A stretch of 32,244 nt of DNA from Azolla caroliniana. Its lineage: Eukaryota > Plantae > Polypodiophyta. The notes under the pieces are model-generated. The model had not been told where the DNA came from. It searched no databases and worked only from the letters and a program-made list of their open reading frames with translations. This document shows positions 21,452 to 29,838 of this stretch, in pieces. Made by a program: the position numbers and the translations under genes. Every line of letters starts with the position of its first letter. The first letter of the stretch is position 1. The stretch covers positions 1 to 32,244 of the forward strand of contig JBHGNT010000352.1 in assembly GCA_043228905.1 (NCBI GenBank), read 5' to 3'.

Positions 21452-22746
21452 ATAATAGACATGACCTAATTAGGAAAAGACAATTGGATGTTGTTCATTC
21501 TAGAATAGTATCAAAAACATTTTAAAACATTGAGAAATATTGAATAAGGTAAAGGGATCACTATAACTCGATTTGAACCTATTTAGTTCAAGTTGTATGG
21601 CAAGAATAATAAGGTTATAAAACATTAAAAGAATATTAATGTGGATGAAAAAATCTGAACTAAAACAAGGACATTGTTAAAGTGTAAACCAAAAAGATGA
21701 ATTAACAAACAATATAAACTTAACAATAGAGCCATGTAAACAAAATTATAAAAACATCAAACGTATATCACAATTACATCTAGTAGATTTGTATGTTGTA
21801 ATTTACTACAACATTCTCTAAACAATAAATAAAAGGTAACAATTCAGGGAATAAGATGTATCAAGAAATCGTCAAGTTTGATGGCGTCATGTTGTAAGGT
21901 AAGACCAAGGTACTTGAAAGCTATTGTGTGAATATTGAGGGCAAAGTCAATGATACATTGCATATTTTGTATTGGCATGGCAACAAGTAAACATGGTGGT
22001 TTTGTTTTAGGGTTTTGGTTTTGAGTTTAGAGTAGATATATCAAAAGGCATAGAAAAGAATACACAATGAAGGTTGAACTAATATAGGTTTAGTATTTTA
22101 AAGATTTATCTCTTTCGATGTAGAACAAAAAGACAAGAGTAAACCAATACCAATAATGATTTAATAACAAATGAAGCTAACAATAATATCAATGTAATAA
22201 ATGATGGTGATAATGATAGGAGAACATTACTGCAATCACCTCATGAGTTATGTACATAATTACCCAACATATTTATATATTTATTTGTTTCATAAACAAT
22301 TACATAATATATTGTCGACATGTATTCGATAGCTGGGTGTGTACAACCTTCAAAATGTACATGCTTAAATAGGAAAATTAGATGGCATGTTTTTACATCT
22401 TGAACGAAAATGACTTTGTTTACAATGTTCGCTTGAAAGACATTTCCAAATCAGTGTGAATTTATGCCTATGAGAGTTGATTTTTCCAAAACCTTCTTCC
22501 GTAGCACACCGAGTTGGTCCTAAACTTCTCGGTTATTAGCATAATAATAAAAGTTTCTATAGCTTAGAATATAACAACTCTACTAGGCATTTGTTCTACA
22601 CAAGGATACTCGAGTGAGCTTCAAAAACTCAAGGGTCGTCTAGTATACATGTCCTAATACTAAAAATATTGGAGTGTTAAGTTTAAATAACTTTAAACAT
22701 TAGAAAATCAAACACAATACAGAGTGTTAAGTAGAACAGGGAAAGG

Positions 22747-23371
22747 CTAATGGTAGGATGTAGGCATTCCCTTGAAGAGGAGGAAGGCAAGCTTTCCAAT
22801 GTGGAAATAAATGAAGTGGCCATGCGAGTGTGAAATAAAAGATGCGAAGTTCGTACCGACCACACATTGCCACCCAGTACCATAGCATTTATCAAACTCC
22901 TGCACATCCCATATCACCATGATCATCATTGAAAAGATAATCACCAAAAGGCACAAATATAGTCTCATGGATGCCAATCAAGTGCATGATGATGATTATT
23001 ATAAAGACAATGGTGGTGATACTATATCATGCATTCTGCAAATTAGATCATCTTGCATTGTAATGAGATATACATGCAAGATTAAAATGGCATCATCCAC
23101 ATATACATATGAAAAGTCACTCCCTACTCCCAACATATGGATGGATGGATGGATGGATGTATTGTATTGTTCATAATTGACGATAATGTCTAGTTACAAG
23201 AGAAGTGAAGGATATGATTATGTGTGTATATACCTGTTTTAGCGATTGGGCAATGCTTTGACAATCTCCAATTGCATGGGTGTCTAAAGCATGGGTTGCA
23301 CATTGCATAGCATGTCTTTGCATGGACATGGACATATCTGTTTGGCCAATCATGGCCTTGCCCTCCAACAT
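22747..23371 (-). CDS. DLC: Dynein light chain type 1 (LC8) family protein, plant type; complement(join(22747..22899,23234..23371)), 96 aa
   Basis: Exon 1 MLEGKAMIGQTDMSMSMQRHAMQCATHALDTHAIGDCQSIAQSLKQ; 334-bp phase-0 intron with CAG|GTA donor and TGCAG|GAG acceptor; exon 2 EFDKCYGTGWQCVVGTNFASFISHSHGHFIYFHIGKLAFLLFKGMPTSYH*. Matches the plant LC8 pattern MLEGKA..TDM..MQ..A..K|EFD..YG.GWQC.VG..F...H....FIYF. Confidence 0.93.
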
Positions 23372-24025
23372 TTTGTTTGTTTGTGTGTGTGTATGTATGT
23401 ATGTGCGAGAGAGAATCCAAAATAGAAAACCCTAATATTAGTATGTATGTATGTGAGCAAGAAACTTATTATAGAAAACCTAAATACAAGGATGCATGTA
23501 TATTTGATGATTCAAGGTATTCTTTGAGTGCTTCTATAGAGTGTTAAAAGTTTGTCTTTCTTTATGCATCCTTTTATAGCCCCATGGGAAGGAGAGAGAA
23601 TCCAAAAACACAAAGAGTCTGCTCTATAGCCCTTCTCTCTTTTGGATTAGCATACGATCATACTATCTTATCTCATGTATTAGTTTATGAAGGTCAAACT
23701 ACACTAGGTAGCAAGACAAACTCCTCCAAAAACCAACTTGAAAAAATTAAAATAAAACAAAAAGAGCTATGATAGACACCGTTCCATAAGATGCCAAATT
23801 TTGTTTGTTTGAGCACATATTGATTTGGTTACAATGACTTAGACTTCACTTTAGTATAAACATAAGTTAAATAATTTCATCTCTCTTTATTTGTTGCTAT
23901 CTTTGATAAGATAGATGTTCAGTTGTAATTATCTCTTACATGTTGAATCTCATGGGTCATTTTGGATTAAGGATCATGAAGATCCATACTCATCATAATC
24001 ATTGTGTGGAGAATATGTTGGCACG

Positions 24026-24218
24026 TCTCCATTCAAACCTACGAGCTATCGAAGATCTTTGCACAAGGTTCACCCATTTGAAACACTCCATGTATTTTGT
24101 TAAAATAGACTATGCTCATATCTTCCATTCAAACCTACAAGCTATCAAGGATCTTTGCATAAGGTTCACCCATTTGCAACACTCCATGTATTTTGTTAAA
24201 TCAGACTACTCTCATATC
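24026..24218. repeat. 96-bp tandem duplication (2 copies)
   Basis: ccattcaaacctac..gctatc..gatctttgca..aaggttcacccatttg..acactccatgtattttgttaaa at 24029 and 24125. Confidence 0.9.
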
Positions 24219-25262
24219 CTCAAGAACACGAAAAATCTGCAGATATGTCTACGCAGTAATTTTAAATCAAATAACTAATATGATACGGTTGTTAAAATTT
24301 CTCTAAACTTAAAGTTGAAGTACCTCACGTGTAAATGGAAATTCACATATTTTCACCCACTACATCCGTCTATGTTTCCCTACAACTTTCTTTTTCGATA
24401 AAAAATAGTGTTTCACATGTGTCTCATGTAACTAGACCTTTTTTTTTTTTAATTACACCATAGTTTCCATTACCAATCCAAAAAGCATATACAACACATA
24501 TGATAATACAATGTAGTGGCGGGTAAGATATCCCCCATTACATCATACTTGACACCAACCTCCACCTATGGAGGAAACAAAACTAGAACATTAAACACAA
24601 GTTCCATAAAAAACTTAAGCTTTATTTTAAAACACAAACTGTAGACAATTGTACGAAAGATAAGAAACATGAAGTACGTAATATAATTTAAATATCATGT
24701 ACATAAGTATCAATGATGATGGAAATGACTCATCGAGTATATCATTGTGGATGAGGAAGTATTGAAAAGAGCTCACATTTGTCTTATATGGATAAGTAAT
24801 ATGATTTGTCATGAAGTTGCTTTGGATCCCCAATATACAATTTATTTCTTAACCATGGTCAATTGCTTTTCGTCTTGTTGTGACAAGATTTTTCCTTCCC
24901 ATCCCATCAATATTACTGACCAATGACACAAAAGAACATAATATGTCCCCTCACATTTAAGAAAATATGACGACCCATAACATACTAACCATGCCATTTC
25001 AGTTCTAGTAAAGTTCTATGTCCTATAAGATTGATATCCCCATAAAACTAGAGAACTTTATATAAATGAAAATGATCTCGAAAAATAATCTATTGTGTAG
25101 TTTCTACATATCATTTTTCATCATATAACACTTCATGTCAATAAGCAAGTAGAATGCTTACAAAAGATAGGTCAAGTCTCCTTTAAGGCACATGATAAAA
25201 GAGAGATAAATAGATAGATTTTATTATCATCTTCAAAGGTTAAAAGTATAGCATTTTCACAT

Positions 25263-25933
25263 TGTCGCGCCTTTCGGCGCCGGATTGTTTCATGAGTCGG
25301 GTGGGAACCGCTAGGGTTTTGGACTAAGAGGAAGAAGAATTTGAGACTAATTAGAATATAAATAGGTTGTAGGAAAGAGATATAGAAACCTCGTGAATCT
25401 CACGAGTGTATTGCATTAGATTAATCAATATTAAGATAATATGAATGTAGATAGAAAGAGAAGAATATAGAAACCTCGTGAATCCCACGGGTATAGTTTA
25501 TTTCGTGAATCCCACGAATATAATTAATTGGTGTTTTTTTAGAAATATATCCAATTTCCAAATATTTCACACCCCCTATTACATTGTGCTCCCCATCCTT
25601 ATATAGTGATGAGAGAGTCTTAGCACTCCATGCTTTTTCTGTAATTATCAACTTTATGCTTTTTCTATCAATAGACTATATGCTTTATCTAACATGCTTT
25701 TTCTAACTTGATGCGTTTTTATCGACTATAGTGTTCATGCACGCTAGATGTGCATGTGTAGCTTTTTCTTTTATCATGCATTTTCTTCTAACTAAAGTTT
25801 ATCCTAGTGTGCACTTACCTTTCTATGTGGGACGTCTACTTTTTCAACATTAATGATATGTTAGTGTAATGGTAAAGCTTCACATTATGTACATGGAGGT
25901 ACAAGGTTTGAATCTTGCCCTATGCATGTAACA
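25263..25933 (-). mobile_element. Solo LTR D (671 bp)
   Basis: Minus strand TGTTACA...CGCGACA (IR mismatches are all CpG-type transitions); near-TSD acat/atat; TATATAA on the minus strand at 25605-25599; internal cgtgaatcccacg repeats. Confidence 0.7.
25862..25914 (+). promoter_or_regulatory. tRNA-like Pol III type-2 promoter cassette in U3 of LTR D
   Basis: TAGTGTAATGG, 32 nt, GGTTTGAATC (GGTTCGAATC with CpG decay); T5 run at 25937-25941 just outside the LTR. Confidence 0.6.
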
Positions 25934-25953
25934 ATATTTTTAACATTCTCTCC

Positions 25954-26128
25954 TATTTGCAAATATGTCTCTTCATCCGGTTCTCACCAGGTCTTCTTTA
26001 TCCGGTTCTTACTGGGTCCTCCTTACCGGGTCCTCTTCGTCTATTTCTCACCGGCCTTCTTCATCCGGTTCTCATCGGGTACTCTTCATCCGGTTCTTGC
26101 CGGGCCTCCATGCCCATCCGGAGGGACC
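25954..26128 (-). mobile_element. U3 fragment of a copia LTR related to LTR C, with a ~25-bp tandem array
   Basis: Shares aatatgtctcttc.tccggttc and cccatc..gagggacc anchors with 17360-17693; unit tcttcatccggttctcaccgggtc. Confidence 0.7.
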
Positions 26129-26169
26129 AAAAATGCAATTTTCTCATAGTGTGCGATTTACACTATGAC

Positions 26170-26611
26170 AACGTACTGCATAATGAAGAATGTTGCATCT
26201 CATCTTCCAAACCATTTTTCCTTTATCTTCCATCAACTAGAGCACAAATTTCCTTTTATGTGTTTTCGGGATCTTCTTTTGTTTCCTATGTGAAACTTGA
26301 AATTTGATGTGAGGGACTTTTATGAACCTTAAATATGTATTTGACAACCTCTTTCCATAACCTTGATCGCAATGGTAAGATATCTCAATATTAAGATGTA
26401 GAAGGGTGTTATGTTGTTTGTTTCTTGACTTGGAGAAACTTTGTAAGAAAATGTTTTTGGGTATTTTCAAACTCTTTCCAAGTGTACCTATGGATGCTAC
26501 CGCCCTGTACTTCCACCCTATAAAGAAGCATTGGTGTCACCAAAGTGTCAACAAGATATTTCTTGAGAACCCAACACTAAATTTCTCCATGATTGCATGT
26601 GTCCTCAAATG
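26170..26611 (-). mobile_element. Old degenerate LINE ORF2 fragment, same family as 26647-28153
   Basis: Collinear with ~27195-27637 (e.g. gaaactttgtaagaaaatgttttt, gtcaccaaagtgtcaa, gattgcatgtgt.ctcaaatg), with many stops and indels. Confidence 0.88.

Positions 26612-26614
<3 letters not shown>

Positions 26615-26646
<32 letters not shown>
26615..26646. repeat. (GA)16 microsatellite at the LINE 3' junction
   Basis: Seen directly. Confidence 0.95.
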
Positions 26647-26650
<4 letters not shown>

Positions 26651-28153
26651 ATTATCGTCTTTGGAGGTCAAATATGACCTATGAGACCAAGAATATTACA
26701 TTTCACGTGATACGTGTGAAGGTGAGTAACGACTCTCGATGTTCAAGAACTTTACCAATGAATATTGCAATCGAGAGTGCACATCATGGTTGTGAGAGAA
26801 ATTCGTGCAGGGATTGGGCTTGATCGAAGAGATGTGGAAAGCATGGTCGAATATGATCAAAGGCAGAGCATTGTATCAAAGTGTGATACTCAGACTCTCG
26901 AACTTGTTTAGGGAAAAGTGTGCATAGTTAGCCACTCTCATCACTTGTGCCCCAACGCCCCGTCTCACGTCTCAATGCGTGCGAGCTAAGTCGCATGGAA
27001 GCAATGGTTCAAATGGCAGATATCGGGACGGGTAACATGTATCGATGTGTACGGCTTCCCTGTTTCGCGAAGAATATGGTTTTGAAGTTAAGTGCAACAT
27101 CTGTAGTATAATGTGTGAAGCGTGAGCCACCACATTTGTCCCATGTCGTGATACATTGGCATTGCAAAAAGGCCTCATTTACAGAGGGATCTAGTGACGC
27201 ATCATGAAGTAAGTGTCTTGCATCCTATCTACCAAACCATTTTTCTAAATCTTGCATCCAACTTGAATACAAAATTTTGCTTTTATGCGTCTTTTGGATC
27301 CTTTTGCTTGCTTCCCATGCAATTCTAGGAAGTCGATGTGAGGGGCTTTTTTGAACCTTAAGCACGTATTCAACAACCCTTTCCATGGACATGATCTCAA
27401 TGGGAAGCGATCTTGTCTCAAGGAGGAGGAGGGTGTAGGGTGTTTGTTTCTTAACTTGTAGAAACTTTGTAAGAAAATGTTTTTGGACATTTTCAAACTC
27501 TTTCCACGTAGATTTAGGGATGCTACCGCCCCATACTTCCACCCCATAGAGAAGAACCAGGGTCACCAAAGTGTCAAAAAGATATTTCTTGAGGACCCAA
27601 CACTTAATATCTCCAAGATTGCATGTGTTCTCAAATGCATAATATGCTCGCTTACCCACCTCTAAGCGGCATGTAGCACATTCATTCCATTTATGATTTG
27701 AAGGAATTTCAAGGCCAAGATATTTGAAGCTTTCCACACATTCAAGTGGCTCATTGTTGTACATAATGCATGGTTTATCTCTTTTTTGACTCTTCACAAG
27801 CATAATCTTTGTTTTAGAGCAATTGACACTTAATTTAGTATGCATGAATTTTTTTTCCAATGCCTTCATAAGCTTTTGTGCATCTCCTGAAGTATTTGCA
27901 AAAAGCACTACATCATTCGCATATAACAAAAGCATAATCACAACATTCCCAATGACAACTTCTTCAACACATTCTTCCTTTACAAACTTGGTAACCATTT
28001 CTTCTAATTCATCAATGCATAAACCAAATAATGTTGGTGAGAGTGGACATCCTTGCTTAACACCAATAGTGCTATTGAAAAAATCTGAAAGTCTATCTCT
28101 CATACGCACACAACATATAACCTTCTCATATATTCGGGAAATTGCAAGCATAT
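26647..28153 (-). mobile_element. Non-LTR retrotransposon (LINE) ORF2 3' half: RT plus C-terminal Cys/His finger; non-L1, RTEX/L2-group-like
   Basis: GVKQGCPLSPTLF, LLLYANDVVLF (YADD mutated), FKYLG, LLYGVEVWG, RLSSHALRRETGRW..CTLF..ESEYHTLIQC; stop at 26703, short 3' UTR. Cut at 28153 by gypsy F. Confidence 0.9.
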
Positions 28154-28606
28154 TGTCATAATATGGCAAGACTTGAACCCATGACCTTATGCTACATGGG
28201 TTGAGCTCTTACCATTAGACTATGTATTGTAATACAAAAGATATTATTTTCATTTAAGTTTTATTATAGGAAACTGATGTATATTCTAGAGTTCTCTAGA
28301 ATATTCTAGAAACTTCAAGAGTACTCCTGACAACACTATAAAAGGAGGCACAAGGCATTATTTCGAACCAAATTGGTTCAACGCTAGTCTTTAGCCTCAT
28401 AGCCCTTTGTACTTACTTTTCCTATAATATATAATCTGTTATCATCATCTCTCTCTCTCTCTCTCTCTCGTCCTCGCTCTCTCTCTCTCTCTCTCCTCTT
28501 CTCTCTTCCTCTCTCGGGAGTCTTACGCAGTCCCGTCCTCTTGGTACTAATAGTACTACCCTTCTCTAGTACTAATTCTCTCTTTGTTTTAGTACTATTC
28601 CTGATA
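28154..28606 (+). repeat. 5' LTR of gypsy F (453 bp)
   Basis: TGTCA...TGATA (TGACA with C>T); TATAAAA at 28337-28343; (CT)n tract; followed by a self-priming PBS. Confidence 0.75.
28170..28222 (-). promoter_or_regulatory. tRNA-like Pol III type-2 promoter cassette in U3 of LTR F
   Basis: Minus strand: TAGTCTAATGG, 32 nt, GGTTCAAGTC. Confidence 0.65.
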
Positions 28607-28608
28607 GT

Positions 28609-28620
28609 TTGAACCGATTT
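28609..28620 (+). promoter_or_regulatory. Self-priming PBS of gypsy F
   Basis: TTGAACCGATTT is complementary (one G-U pair) to AAATTGGTTCAA at 28370-28381, which starts 33 nt after the start of the TATA box. Confidence 0.75.
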
Positions 28621-28675
28621 CTCTTCTGTCTCCCTCCCTTCATACTAACCTCTTATTCCTCTTTTCTTTCATCCC

Positions 28676-29814
28676 ATGGCCATTGTTAGTGCTCAAGAAT
28701 ATCAATCTGTTTTCTTGGAGTTTCAATGCTTGAAAGAGAGGTTCCTTGCTTTGGAACAAGAAAATCAACGGTTGTTGGGGGATCTTCAACAAATCTCCTT
28801 AGAAAAGTAGCAAACGCAACAACAACATGGGGAACTTGCGTTACGCGTGCAACAACTCGAAGCAACCATCGTAGCGATGCAACAACAAGGACTCGGAACA
28901 CAAGGGATTCATAAAGAACCCAAGATTGGCCTTCCCACGAAGTTCTATGGAACACGATCGTAGTGTAGAGGGTTCCTTAACCAGGTAGGATTAGTTATTC
29001 AAATGCATCCTTCCCGATATCCCACCAATGCATCACAAGTGGGTTTAGTAGGCACATTGTTAAGTGGCTCAGCATTGGCATGGTTCGCTCCATTGTTAGA
29101 AAAGGAATCTCCATTACTCAACAATTTTGAAGAGTTTATAGGTGAGTTTAAGGCATGTTTTGGAGATACTGACAACATAAGGATTGCAATCAACAAAATC
29201 CGGCGATTACGACAAGGTGACCGTCCAGCCTCTGCATACACTGCAGATTTCCGCCTACTTGCCACCGATATCCCTTGGGATGATCAAGCGTTGATGGAGC
29301 AATTTCGTTATGGCTTACGCAACGATGTCAAGGATTTACTCTTGACCTTCCCCGAAGAGCCAAAGTCCTTAATAGAAGCAATCAGTCGCGCGGTGAGATG
29401 TTACAACCGCCTCTTTGAGCAATGTTCGGAACGACAACTACAGATGCCAAGGGCAAGATTAGAGCCCACCTACGCCTCAGTGGTAGCAAAACCTTTTCCG
29501 AGGGAGTCATATAATGTGCCTCCAGTGAATACTCCGACTCCGATGGAGAATACTCCGACTCCGATGGAGCAAATCGACTATGTCTTTATTGTGGTGGTCC
29601 AGGGCATATTGCAGTAAATTGTCCCCATAGGTGAAGGAGACAAGTAAACCAAATAGTTGCTAGTACTAATTGTACTAAACCCAAGTCTGTTTCAGTAGGG
29701 ATATCTGATAGTCGTCATAGTCCTAATAGTACTAATAGCCCAAATCTAGCAAACAAATCTAATGTCCTTAGTCAATTAGAAGAAGAGTTAAATGACTAAG
29801 TCCAGCCAAAATAG
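28676..29814 (+). pseudogene. gag: Gypsy F gag (stops, internal deletion and frameshift)
   Basis: MAIVSAQEYQ..KEPKIGLP.KF.GTRS..LLSGSALAWF..LRQG..Y..DF..FRYGL..CLYCGGPGHIAVNC knuckle. Confidence 0.9.
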
Positions 29815-29838
29815 GAGCCGTTTGGTTGGACAACCCTA
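29787..29838 (+). promoter_or_regulatory. Putative -1 ribosomal frameshift signal at the gag-pol junction
   Basis: G TTA AAT heptamer, 6-nt spacer, 11-bp stem 29800-29810/29821-29831; loop TAGG can pair with CCTA at 29835-29838; pol is in the -1 frame. Confidence 0.65.

Noticed and set aside
23940-24278. 112-aa protein with a 32-aa repeat
   Set aside because: Explained by the 96-bp duplication; no domain or splice support.
25954-26128. Missing 5' LTR of copia C
   Set aside because: Different repeat unit, no terminal TG/PBS context, and a host gene lies in between; it is a related independent fragment.
28164-28225. Functional tRNA genes at the A/B-box cassettes (also 9223-9445 and 25862-25914)
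   Set aside because: Acceptor, anticodon and T stems do not pair into a cloverleaf; only promoter boxes and spacing are retained.
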